Below, piece by piece: positions 45,204 through 54,949 of a DNA stretch of 64,000 bases. The translations under genes were made by a program, and so were the position numbers. Each line of letters starts with the position of its first letter. The first letter of the stretch is position 1. The notes under the pieces were generated by a model. That model was not told the DNA's origin and did not search any database. It was given only the letters and a program-made list of their open reading frames with translations. Source of the stretch: Candidatus Marinacidobacterales bacterium (GTDB lineage Bacteria; Acidobacteriota; Vicinamibacteria; Marinacidobacterales; DATDRI01); assembly GCA_965219415.1 (NCBI GenBank), contig CBDCNP010000001.1, positions 1 to 64,000 on the forward strand, given 5' to 3'.

Positions 45204-46300
45204 CCGCGGCCGACAACTATCTCAAGCACACCACCATCGGTGATCCCGAGCTCGACCCGATCATGGAGGAGCTCTCAGCGGAGTTGTCTCCAAGCGACCT
45301 GCACCGGTTCATCGGGGCCGGCATAGAGCAGAACGAGGAGGTTCTGCGCCTCGCGCCGCGTTCTCTGCGCGATTTCTTCAAGAATTTCAAGGAGCCTCCC
45401 TGGCTCTACTACGAAGGTTTTCGTTCCGGGATTCGCGCTTTTCATGAAAACGTAGACCTGATGCTCACCGCCTTCGTCACGGGAGTGCTGGTAGAAGGCT
45501 TTTCGACGCTCATCGCCAAGTCTTTCAATATTACCGGGCGAGTGGCGTCCACCAGAAGACGCCTCCAGCAGAACAACCGCCACATGCTGGAGATCTTCTT
45601 TCCCGGCAACTTGCAGAGAAACGGCGAGGGATGGAAGCTGTCCACGCGCATTCGGTTCGTTCATACTCGGATACGGGGCCTGCTGGCGAAGTCAGATGAC
45701 TGGAATCACGAAGCCTGGGGCACGCCGGTAAGCGCGGCGCACCTGGGTTTCGCCATCTCCGTCTTTTCCAAGCGCCTGCTGGAGTACTCGACGATGCTGG
45801 GCGCGAAGTTCAGCCAGGAAGAACAGGAGAGCGTTCTCGCCGTCTGGCGCTACGCCGGCTACCTCATGGGGATACCGGAAACCATCCTCTATAAGAACGG
45901 CGAGGAGGCGGAAAAAATATACGAGATCGGTTACCTGTGCGAGCCGAAGCCGGACGCCGATTCGGTAGCCGTGGCCAATTTGTTGATCCAGTCCATTCCA
46001 AAGGTTGCGGACGTCAAGGACCCGGCTGAGCAAAAGCAACTGGTGAAACTGGCCTACCGTCTGTCACGCGCCCTCATTGGAAAGGAGCTCGCGGACAGTT
46101 TCGAGTTTCCACCGGATCCCAAGTGGGCGACCCTATTCAAGTACCGGATGAAGCAGCGCGTTCTGCGATTGTTGCGAACCAACAAGATGATCAGATCGGA
46201 CAATTTCACCCAGCTTCTCCAGATATCGGTGTACGACGGCGAGGGACTGAGCTACAAGAGGCCGGACCACGTCTACACGTCGAAATCGAGCCCGTGGTAA
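45204..46300 (+). CDS. MpaB/DUF2236-like oxygenase family protein; 5' end clipped by a 36-bp A-D micro-element (45168-45203)
   Basis: GDPELD, RIRFVHTRIR, WGTPVS, WRYAGYLMGIP. Confidence 0.8.
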
Positions 46301-46331
46301 CAATCGAATAGCCCGTCGCTTCCAGTACGAG

Positions 46332-46473
46332 ATGGTAGAGGCGCTGACTCCTTCGCTGCTGGGCCGCTACGCCGCCGCCACTGTGCGCTACCGGTGGGTG
46401 GTTGTTGCGCTCGCTGCCTTATTCATGCTGGCCGTGACGGCCGGCGCCCGCTTCATCGTCGTTACGAACGACT
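46332..46473 (+). pseudogene. 5' fragment of a probable MMPL/RND transporter
   Basis: RYAAATVRYRWVVVALAALFML..GARFIVVTND, cut by a TGT end. Confidence 0.5.
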
Positions 46474-46535
46474 TGTCCCTTCCATAAACTCGAGCTGTAT
46501 GAGATTGGCGAACTGCCCTGCTATTCGCACGACCC

Positions 46536-46864
46536 CGTCCTGTGCCAAAACTCGGCTCTTTTGAAATAGACCATAAATCAGCAGCTTAGTGTCTGTGTTT
46601 GCGACCGGGCGAAGGCGGCGCAAGGCTCTTGAGTTCATTTGTATTTTTGGACACGACGAGGAACAACTGCTCTGGGTTCGCCACTTCCAATCAATTCCGG
46701 AACTGCTCGAAGCCCTTCAGCACTTCCGCGAACTCTACAACCAGAACTGGCTCATAGAGCGTCTTGGCTTTCAATCGCCCGTTCAGGCAAGACAACGCCT
46801 TGCTCTCGAACCGGCCGCTTGATTATGATGAGTTCAATCTGTCCAAGAAATCAGGGGCGGTACA
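46536..46864. mobile_element. A-B hybrid mini-element (46536-46658) plus IS3-family 3' end
   Basis: End motifs; EQLLWVRHF..YNQNWLIERLGFQSP; terminal ..GGCGGTACA. Confidence 0.75.
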
Positions 46865-46913
46865 GCCGCCAAAAGGTGCCGTGCGCGCACGAAAGGATTT
46901 TTGCACCAACACT

Positions 46914-48185
46914 TCAATACGCAACGATTTTCGCGACATTGTGATTTTGGAGCTGGCGACGAATCAACTCGCTGGAGACGAGAAATTCTTGTCCGAGCTC
47001 GTCAATTTGTTCGGTGTCTATGTATTCACTCGAAATTCGCTCGCGTAGCAAGTCAGCAGGGGCTAGGAATTCTGCCGCGAACGCCCGCGACTGTGCCTGA
47101 CGGTCCGTTGCCAGAGAACTGAGTAGACCGTGATTGGATACAGACCGGCCCAGGTAGTCGCCGAGCGCACGAGCAATGAGAAACCGGGTACCGGTTGCAC
47201 CTCGTGGCGCCGTCATGCAGGCGGGCGTATCTGTTCCCACGATCCCATGAATGCGCGACGACGGCGGAGTTGTTTGGCGCTGCGGGATCGTCAGCGACCC
47301 GAGTTGGTCGAAATCGATCCGCCCACCGTTGATGCCGATCTTGTCGCGGGCTACACGCGCCAGTTGGTAGCCCCGAGCCCACGGTTCAACCTCAAGGTGC
47401 GGCGGCAACGTCTGGCGAATCTCCGACCAGTGATTGTTTTTTTGGCCTTGCGCAAGCGTTTCTATAGCGTCACTCAACCAAACGCCGACGGGGTCCAATG
47501 AATCTACCCTAGCGAGGGCCAGAGCATCCTCTCGGACAGACGAGTCTGCGTTTTCCCAGAACATCACGATGGAATCGGCGACATGATCCCTCACGTCGAA
47601 AGGATCGACTCCGAGCAGGGCGGCGGCGCGGCTGAACTCAAGTTCGTCAGCATCCAGATCGTTGATCGCGTTCCAGACGCGACCAAGGTTTTCCGCTGCT
47701 TGGCCGGTCTCGGGACAGCTGCGGAGCCGTTCTAATACAGCGTCGATGAGGTTTCGGAATTGCAATTCCAGTTCCTCCCGCTCGACGCGATGCTGTCCCT
47801 CATCGACGAATTCGATCCCGGCGTACTGTGGTTTGTACCGAGTCCACTCCAGATCCATTCGCCCTGAAACGGGGATCATACTCAGACGCGGTAGTACGAA
47901 GCCGTCGGCGGCGAACGCCAGGTTGTGGCGGGACTCGAATTCAGGCCGTTGCTCGCTCGTGTCCCCGACCTCGTACCAAATGTGCCACCAGTTGGTGACC
48001 AGCCACTCGGCTACGCTGAACAGAGGAACGACGACCTCCTTGCTGTATATCCCGCTCCGACGATCCAGAACGGCAGTGACAGTCGTGCCGTCGGCTTCGA
48101 CGGAGAGTGCGGCCATAGTCGTTTGGGCCAGCTTGTCGGGTGACGGTCCCGCATCGACCCAGTTGAATCGAAAATCAACGCTCAT
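46914..48185 (-). CDS. Protein with a C-terminal ImmA/IrrE (peptidase M78)-like domain lacking HExxH
   Basis: RFLIARALGDYL and RAFAAEFLAP motifs. Confidence 0.7.
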   Translation of the reverse strand: MSVDFRFNWVDAGPSPDKLAQTTMAALSVEADGTTVTAVLDRRSGIYSKEVVVPLFSVAEWLVTNWWHIWYEVGDTSEQRPEFESRHNLAFAADGFVLPRLSMIPVSGRMDLEWTRYKPQYAGIEFVDEGQHRVEREELELQFRNLIDAVLERLRSCPETGQAAENLGRVWNAINDLDADELEFSRAAALLGVDPFDVRDHVADSIVMFWENADSSVREDALALARVDSLDPVGVWLSDAIETLAQGQKNNHWSEIRQTLPPHLEVEPWARGYQLARVARDKIGINGGRIDFDQLGSLTIPQRQTTPPSSRIHGIVGTDTPACMTAPRGATGTRFLIARALGDYLGRSVSNHGLLSSLATDRQAQSRAFAAEFLAPADLLRERISSEYIDTEQIDELGQEFLVSSELIRRQLQNHNVAKIVAY

Positions 48186-48577
48186 CCGAGACCTTGTACT
48201 CGCTGCATCGGTTCCAGTGGATATCCATGGTACTCGCCAGAACCAGGAGAGCCCTGCCGTGCTTCGAAAATAACGTCATCTTCGCGGTGCCAAACGTAGC
48301 GCGGAAAGCGTCCGTCCCACGCGCCGACGCGACCGGATCTCACCGCATCTCGGAGCCACCCCTCAACAAGGTCCCGACAGTGCACCAGCTTGCTAGGACA
48401 CAAGCTGGCGGTGGGCCGGCGGCCGCGAGGCATCCCGGCAAATCCCAAGGCATCCTTATGGTAGGGACTCCCGACGTACCGACAAGATTCGGCTACCTGT
48501 GTCAAGTCAGTGCCGTTAGGCGGTGCCTGTACCTTGCGCACCTTCGGGTTGTCACGCTGGAATCTCGGTCGCCTCAC
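48182..48577 (-). CDS. Small basic protein, putative toxin; overlaps the downstream gene by 4 bp
   Basis: YVGSPYHK ... FPRYVW ... EYHGYPL. Confidence 0.55.
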   Translation of the reverse strand: MRRPRFQRDNPKVRKVQAPPNGTDLTQVAESCRYVGSPYHKDALGFAGMPRGRRPTASLCPSKLVHCRDLVEGWLRDAVRSGRVGAWDGRFPRYVWHREDDVIFEARQGSPGSGEYHGYPLEPMQRVQGLG

Positions 48578-48643
48578 GACGCTTCGTCCGCATTATACGC
48601 ATCTTTCCGCGACAAATTGAACGCCACGTGTTGCTCGTGACAC

Positions 48644-48829
48644 TTCCCTGATTGACCCACCTCAATTCCCTGTTCGCCTATTGTAAATCCCCTGTTCGGT
48701 CATCTCAAATTCCCTGTTCTTTTGGAACAGGGAATTACCTGCTAACCATTTGAAATTTGGAAGGTTAGCACGTGAAAAAACAGCCCGATCGGCGCAAAAA
48801 AGGCCCAAATTCCCTGTTAATTCCCTGTT
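48644..48829. repeat. Cluster of AATTCCCTGTT direct and inverted repeats
   Basis: About 7 copies, the first four spaced ~21-22 bp apart. Confidence 0.7.
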
Positions 48830-49097
48830 TTTTGTGGTTTCCAGCCGAGACCGGGCCTGCCTGGAGTCCCTCCAGAACGGCCCCCAGGGTTACACATTCG
48901 TCCCGTGGCCGATCCGATCTCACTTCTCGCGTTCGGGCCACGAGCGAACGAGGGTTATTCGAACGAGATCGACGGCCGGGAGGAAGCAGAGCCCTGTTGA
49001 TCAAGAAATCGCTTTAGAATCCCCCGCCTGTTTCAGTTGTGTCCAGAGACGAATGCCTTCGCGAACGGACTCGCCTTAGGCGAAAAACGCCCTTCGC

Positions 49098-49895
49098 CTA
49101 CAAACGAGCTCCACAGTCCTTGCAGAACTTGACATCGGTATCGTGGCCTTCGCTGGAGCAGATGGGACAAGCCTGCGTGCTCACCGCAAGCCTTGCCGCC
49201 GCGTGCATCTCGACGCTCACGATCCCGGTCGGTACGGCGATGATTCCGTAGCCGAGGATCATGATCACAGTGGCCAAGAACTTACCCAAAACCGTTTGCG
49301 GGGCAATGTCTCCGTAACCCACCGTGGTCATGGTCACGATAGCCCAGTACATCGCCTGCGGAATGCTGGTGAAACCGCGCTCTTCTCCCTCGAGCAGATA
49401 GATAAGCGCCCCGACGATGAGAGCAATGGCGAGGATCGCACCGATGAAAATGACGATCTTGCGCGCGCTCGCGTGAAGCGCAGCGCTGAGCTGAGCCCCT
49501 TCTCCGACGAACCTCACCAGCTTCAGCACCCGAAAGACCCGGAGGAGCCGAAGAGCACGGATAACTAAAAGCGACTGAGCCCCGCCGAAGATCAGGCTCA
49601 AGTAGGTTGGCAGAATGGCTAGGAGATCGACCACACCGAAGAAGCTGGTGGCGTATGCAAGAGGTCTTCCCACCGAATACAGCCGTAAGATGTACTCGAT
49701 GGTGAAGAGAATCGTCACCAGCCATTCGAATCCGCGAAGCACGGTCCCGTAGTCCTCGCGGACGGCGGTCACGCTTTCCAGCATCACCGCGACAATACTC
49801 GCCAGAATGAGAACGAGCAGTGCCAGGTCGAAGACTTTCCCCGCAGGCGTATCCGCCTCGAAAATGATCTCGTGGAGCTTGGCTCGATGCCGCGT
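49098..49895 (-). CDS. Voltage-gated potassium channel / ion transporter; native start lost
   Basis: S4 RALRLLRVFRVLK; selectivity filter TMTTVGYGD. Confidence 0.92.
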   Translation of the reverse strand, partial: TRHRAKLHEIIFEADTPAGKVFDLALLVLILASIVAVMLESVTAVREDYGTVLRGFEWLVTILFTIEYILRLYSVGRPLAYATSFFGVVDLLAILPTYLSLIFGGAQSLLVIRALRLLRVFRVLKLVRFVGEGAQLSAALHASARKIVIFIGAILAIALIVGALIYLLEGEERGFTSIPQAMYWAIVTMTTVGYGDIAPQTVLGKFLATVIMILGYGIIAVPTGIVSVEMHAAARLAVSTQACPICSSEGHDTDVKFCKDCGARL

Positions 49896-50097
49896 CTTGA
49901 ACATCCTCCCAGCACAGGCCATGGATCCTCGTGAGCGAGAAGCGCGCCGAAGGCGGTCGGATCAGGAACGACCGCAACACCACAATACGGCCGTCGCAGC
50001 CGACCGCGAGGCCGACCGCGCATGCGCTGTCCCGTCGGTGATTGGCCGTCTCGAAGTCGATCGCCACGAAGGTGCTCATTGCATCCGGCTCTGTCAT
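49896..50097 (-). pseudogene. DnaQ-like 3'-5' exonuclease N-terminal fragment
   Basis: FVAIDFETAN..SACAVG..IRPP..IHG. Confidence 0.8.
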
Positions 50098-50210
50098 ACT
50101 CCATCATAAGGCAGATCCGGCGACGGAAAGGTCAAAGCGTTAGCCGCGGGAGACGTTGATCCATGGACAGGTGGGGAAAGCCGGATGCCTTCGCTCGGCC
50201 CCTGCGGAAC

Positions 50211-50297
50211 GTCGTCGGCCATCGCAGGGCCTACGGGTACGGCATGCTGCTCGTACGACCGCCGGCGGGGACGGCCTGTCGCACCTCACCATGTTGA
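50211..50297 (+). pseudogene. cas6e: Cas6e C-terminal fragment
   Basis: GHRRAYGYGMLLVRP glycine loop; stop overlaps the cas1 start. Confidence 0.7.
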
Positions 50298-51196
50298 AAG
50301 GGCGTCTCGGCCTTGACACGGCCCGGATCCCCCACACGGATCGGGCCGGGCTTCTCTGGCTCTCGCGCGGCGCGCTGACCGCGCGGGACGGAACCCTCAC
50401 CTTCGAGCGCGGCCCGTACGGAACGGAGAACGACCCCCTGGAACCGGGTCACTACGCCATACCGTTTCAGGGCGTCTCCATGATCTTGCTCGGTCCTGGC
50501 TCGACCGTGAGCCATGACGCGCTACGGCTTCTGGCCCGGCACGGTACCGCGCTCGCCGCTGTCGGCGAGGACGGAGTGCGCTGTTATACTGCTCCACCGT
50601 TGATCGCCGACCGGTCGGGCCTCGCGCGACGCCAGGCGCGCGTCTGGGCTGACGCCAAAACTCGGCTCCAAATCGCGCGACGCATGTACGCATGGCGCTT
50701 GGGTGACGTTCTTCCCCGCAGCGACCTCGCGGTGATGCGCGGCATTGAGGGCGCCAGGATGAAGGAGACCTATCGTCTCATGGCTACGACGATCGGAATC
50801 GAATGGCGGGGACGGCGCTACGATCGGTCACGGCCGATGGCGAGCGATCTGCCGAACCAAGCGCTGAACCACGCGTCGAGTGCGGTTGAAGCCGCTGCCG
50901 CCATTGCCGTCTCCGCGACGGCGACCGTGCCGCAACTCGGTTTCATCCATGAAGATGCAGGCCAGTCCTTTGTGCTCGACATCGCTGATCTGTTCCGCGA
51001 CTCGGTGACCATTCCCACTGCGTTCCGGGCTGCGAAGAAGGTCTTGGCGGCGCCCCGTGCGAACATCGAGCGCGTAACGCGGCGCGAGACCGGGTACGTC
51101 CTCAGCCGGGAGCAAACGATCCCGAGAATGATCGACCGGATTAAGGATTTGTTTGGAGATCCGAAGCCAAATAAGGAGTCGCGGTCATGCCCATGA
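50291..51196 (+). CDS. cas1: Type I-E Cas1
   Basis: LLGPGSTVSHDA, RGIEGAR, LGFIH, FVLDIADL. Confidence 0.95.
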   Translation: MLKGRLGLDTARIPHTDRAGLLWLSRGALTARDGTLTFERGPYGTENDPLEPGHYAIPFQGVSMILLGPGSTVSHDALRLLARHGTALAAVGEDGVRCYTAPPLIADRSGLARRQARVWADAKTRLQIARRMYAWRLGDVLPRSDLAVMRGIEGARMKETYRLMATTIGIEWRGRRYDRSRPMASDLPNQALNHASSAVEAAAAIAVSATATVPQLGFIHEDAGQSFVLDIADLFRDSVTIPTAFRAAKKVLAAPRANIERVTRRETGYVLSREQTIPRMIDRIKDLFGDPKPNKESRSCP

Positions 51197-51480
51197 CGGT
51201 CGTCGTCACGCGGGACGTCGAACCCAGATATCGTGGCTTCCTCGCCTCAGCGCTGCTCGAGGTCGCCCCGGGCGTCTACGTGTCGCCCAACCTCTCAGCC
51301 GGGGTGCGCGAGCGCATCTGGTCAGTGATCGAAGACTGGTTCGGTGCGCTTGGGAACGGCGCCATCGCCATAATCTGGCGGGACAGCACTGCCGGAGGCG
51401 GCCTCGCACTCCGCCATCTGGGTGACCCTCCGAAGGAGATCCGTGAAGCCGACGGCGTGCTGCTCGTCAAGAGGTTGTGA
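51187..51480 (+). CDS. cas2: Type I-E Cas2
   Basis: RYRGFLASALLEVAPGVYVSP..GVRERIW. Confidence 0.95.
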   Translation: MPMTVVVTRDVEPRYRGFLASALLEVAPGVYVSPNLSAGVRERIWSVIEDWFGALGNGAIAIIWRDSTAGGGLALRHLGDPPKEIREADGVLLVKRL

Positions 51481-51607
51481 GGTGCGGAAGTCTTGTCTTG
51501 CTAGCTCTTTGACAACTGAATAGAATTGTTTCTTGACAGGCTTCCCTTCTGTTTCGAAGAGGTAATTTTTACTCAGAGGGTTCCCCCGCATGCGCGGGGA
51601 TAGACCG
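51481..51607 (+). CRISPR. AT-rich leader plus a single type I-E repeat (51579-51607)
   Basis: GGTTCCCCCGCATGCGCGGGGATAGACCG, 29 bp with CCCCGC/GCGGGG stem, downstream of cas2. Confidence 0.88.
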
Positions 51608-51719
51608 ATTACAGCCAAAATAGCGCTCACGACCTTCGCCGCGCGCTAAATGGAGCGTAAGTGCTTTTTTTTTGCAAAGAGATACGTACACATCACCAAC
51701 GGCAAACAGCGCAAGCACC
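51608..51719 (+). mobile_element. 3' part of the 166-bp MITE fused to the CRISPR repeat
   Basis: Matches 61078-61188. Confidence 0.88.
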
Positions 51720-51857
51720 GCCAGATCGCATTCGCGAGGACGCACTCCGCATCCACGCGCCGTTCCGCTTGCGTCGACGCGGCGTCGAGACCAAGCTCGT
51801 TCTGGGCAACCCCACGAAATCCGTTGACCGCACCCTCCTGCGCAATATCGCCAATGC

Positions 51858-52785
51858 CGTCCTGTGCCAAAACTCGGCCCTTTTGAAATAGCCCATAAAT
51901 CAGCAACTTAGAGTCTGTGTTTGTGGCCGTGCCCAGGGCCGGGCACGAACGAACGACGAAATCATGCAGGCATGGTGCCCGCAGACCGGAGATCAATCAA
52001 GTTCGGTGCGCGCGGATGAATAAATAGAAGGCACAACCCAATGGGCGGTGAGAAACGTGCGCCACGGCGTCCGCTCTCCTCGTTCCGGCGCGGGCTCGAT
52101 GCCTTGTTCCCGCAGAATACTTGCGATGGTGCTCCTAGCTACGGCATGGCCGAGATTCGAGAGGGCACGCCGCGAATCCTAATCTATCCCCACCGCGGAT
52201 TTTCCTTCGCTAGACGTAGGACGAGCTCCGTACTCTCGACCATCACCCAGGGTCGTCCAAGCTGTTTCCGCCGTGTGCTGTAGTCCCACTTCCGCGCAAT
52301 GAGCCTTCGGTGCCAAGCCAGAAGGGTTTCCGGTGTGACGATACCGGCAACTTCTGCCAAGAGTTTCCGGCCAAGCGCCTTACCCTTTACCGCGAGCCGA
52401 CGTCGCTCGTCGTCCGTGAGGCGAAGCTTCCTCCCGCGAAGCCGAGCTTTGAGGACTCTGTTCTCCTCAAGCAAGTAGACGATAGCGGCTTGTTGGTCAC
52501 GCTGGACCCAACCAGCGATGGTGACCACCAACAATGTCAAGGGCTGGATCGGCGTGTTCATGACCGAGGATTCTAGCTTCCATTGGCGAATCAAGCCTAG
52601 ACACCTCTAATCCGAAACGTCCCGGCGCGCCGGTCTTGAGTTCGTTTATATTTTTGGACACGACGCCATCCGTTCCGTCTAACTGGCGCGACCGAACTCC
52701 TATGCGGCGGCACGGTGGTAATAACCCGTGCTCCGCAAAAAGTCGATCCAGGGTCTTGAGTACGTTTGTATTTTTAGACACGACG
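51858..52785. mobile_element. A-D hybrid (51858-52035), truncated B-family transposase (minus, 52036-52561) and B ends (to 52665 and 52785)
   Basis: TPETLLAWHRRL, ENPRWG; end motifs. Confidence 0.85.
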
Positions 52786-52928
52786 GGAATTACCAACGAA
52801 AGGCGCCATCCGTGCGGTAACTTGATTCGTAGGTACGACTACGGCAGAACCACCAAGCACGGCTGGGAAATTGACCACATCCGCTCTGTCGCCAAGGGCG
52901 GCACTGACATTCTCAGTAATCTTCAGCC
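52786..52928 (+). pseudogene. HNH endonuclease fragment between two B ends
   Basis: GWEIDHIRSVAKGGTDILSNLQP. Confidence 0.8.
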
Positions 52929-53021
52929 CGCCGTGTCCAAGAACACAAACGAACCCGAGACTAGCGCGCCCGCCTCAAATCAATGCTGGATCGACTTTTT
53001 GCGGAGCACAACACGGGTCAC

Positions 53022-53546
53022 TCAACTGTCTTCCGCCCAATCGAAGTGGACGTTCAGTGCCCGAAGCATGGCGAACGTGTTGTCGCGCCGCACTCCGAAC
53101 TGATCGCATACATCGGGCAGCTTGATCTCCTTCCTAGACTCCGGCGCACTTTGCTCGTTCGTCACGACGGTGGCGCCGTGAACCTGTGCGTAGGCGACGA
53201 GCCAGCCGTCCGCACCCGTCGCGAACTTTGCCTTCGCATAGTCGAAATATTTCGGGTGACGTTGAACCCACATCATGACGTCCGTATAGGCGCGCACCAC
53301 CACGTCGGTGTCCACTTGGACGAAGAACCCTTCCGGGACTTCATCCCTCACCCACCGAACGAGATCCTCCGTCCTGCGACCCACGAGTAGTTCGCTACGA
53401 ACTCTGTCGACGCTAAAGACTCGGCCCTCCCGGTGGTGATGAAGCACGCTCTTCCAGAAGCCGGGGCAGATGTCGAATGAGTAATACAGGTTCTTCGCCG
53501 TGATGAAGACGTCCGAATCCACAAGGTAGGTCCGATCCACCATCAT
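53022..53546 (-). CDS. DUF4411 family (PIN-like) protein
   Basis: YLVDSDVFI..YYSFDICPGFW..ADGWLVAYA..VVTNE..KLPDVC. Confidence 0.88.
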   Translation of the reverse strand: MMVDRTYLVDSDVFITAKNLYYSFDICPGFWKSVLHHHREGRVFSVDRVRSELLVGRRTEDLVRWVRDEVPEGFFVQVDTDVVVRAYTDVMMWVQRHPKYFDYAKAKFATGADGWLVAYAQVHGATVVTNEQSAPESRKEIKLPDVCDQFGVRRDNTFAMLRALNVHFDWAEDS

Positions 53547-54691
53547 GGGATATCCACCCCCAGCCGCTTGGCGTACTTCTGGAAGCTTCCTCCACGCAGC
53601 CCTGTCAGGTCATAGGCTTCCTTGAATCCGATACGGCCCTCCATCGCTGCGCGCAGCACCTGGATCGCAAATAGCTCGCCGACACGCGTGTTCTGGTTGT
53701 TATAGAAATCTCCCCCGCTCGGTGTCGTGCCACCCTTGCGTTCCCGATTGACGTAGCGCTCGTAGAAATCGAAGAAGGTGCTGCGGTCAACGAGATTCAG
53801 GTCGAGAGCTCGGCGGGCAGCGACTACGGGGCTCACCTTGAACGTCCGGGCGAGTGCCTCGAAGGGACTCGCCCTCCGTCTGACTTCCCCCCAGCGCGCT
53901 CTGAGCTCCCGTGCTGGCGCGAGGAGCTCCGCCGCCGCTCGGTTGCACCAGTCCTCCACGTCCGTACCGCCGGGGAGTAGGACTTCGAAGCCGGAAAGCC
54001 CCTCTGTGCCGAGCCAGATGTGCGCCAACTCGTGAGCGAGCGTGAACATCTGCGCCGACTTCGAATCCGCACCGTTCACGAAGATCAGCGGCGCGTAGGG
54101 ATCGGTGAGCGCAAAGCCGCGGAACTCTTTCACGCTCAGCGGGCGATGGGTATTGTTCCCCACCACACCGTTGATCACCGCCATCACGCCGAGCTGCTCG
54201 ATCGCGCGACGCAACTCGCTCACGGCATCCTGCCAAGTACGGACTCCCGCGGCCCATCCACCATCGAGGCCGAGCGCCCGTCGCATCTCGCGACCCACAG
54301 CGCCCGGCTCATCGCCAAGACGGGCGCTTGCCACGAAGGCCAATGGTTCCACCTCGTTCTCGACGAGGGAGTCCCGCAGCCACACCTGTCGGCGTTGCAT
54401 CGTGTACAGCGTGTCGAGCAGGTCGGGGCTCGGCTTTGCTTCCGCAGCGCCCCCCACGGTGCGATAGTCAGGAACCGGGAGGCGTTCGTCGGGGGGCTCG
54501 GGGAGGAACAGGTAGCCGAGCGGCGTATGGGTGAGTTTGGCCAGCTTCTCCAGCTGCTTCAGCGTCGGCTGTTTCTCACGTCGGACCCAGGCCGGGAGCT
54601 GTGGCATGCGCTCCGCAACGTGCGCCACATCGTAGCCGGCGCGTTCGCAAGCCCAGCGAAGCATCTCAGGGTGCACTGGGACGCGGGTCAT
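53543..54691 (-). CDS. XRE-HTH + ImmA/IrrE metallopeptidase
   Basis: N-terminal HTH (PTLKQLEKLA); FTLAHELAHIWLG. Confidence 0.92.
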   Translation of the reverse strand: MTRVPVHPEMLRWACERAGYDVAHVAERMPQLPAWVRREKQPTLKQLEKLAKLTHTPLGYLFLPEPPDERLPVPDYRTVGGAAEAKPSPDLLDTLYTMQRRQVWLRDSLVENEVEPLAFVASARLGDEPGAVGREMRRALGLDGGWAAGVRTWQDAVSELRRAIEQLGVMAVINGVVGNNTHRPLSVKEFRGFALTDPYAPLIFVNGADSKSAQMFTLAHELAHIWLGTEGLSGFEVLLPGGTDVEDWCNRAAAELLAPARELRARWGEVRRRASPFEALARTFKVSPVVAARRALDLNLVDRSTFFDFYERYVNRERKGGTTPSGGDFYNNQNTRVGELFAIQVLRAAMEGRIGFKEAYDLTGLRGGSFQKYAKRLGVDIP

Positions 54692-54738
54692 GGTCTTATC
54701 CTCGCGACACCATCCCGGCTGGGCCGAATGTGGGGTAC

Positions 54739-54832
54739 TGTGCTCCGTAAATAGTCGATCCAGCGCTGATTGTGCATTTTAGACTCGCTATGGTCGGCTG
54801 CTTCTGGCCGATCTTCTTTTTTGCGGATCACA
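54739..54832. mobile_element. 94-bp TGT...ACA mini-element of a further end family
   Basis: Related ends at 42662, 44984, 52728 and 52985-53010. Confidence 0.7.
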
Positions 54833-54949
54833 ATTGAAGGAATCAGGGGAAAGGACCAGTGCGGGGCGCCTCTTGGGCGACGTGAGGTCGGTGAAGGGGA
54901 AGGAGACCAGTACGATGTCGCCCTGTCTATAACCTGTCGTAGACGGCAT
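54833..54949 (-). pseudogene. PemK/MazF toxin 5' fragment
   Basis: QGDIVLVSFPFTDLTSPKRRPALVLS. Confidence 0.85.
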
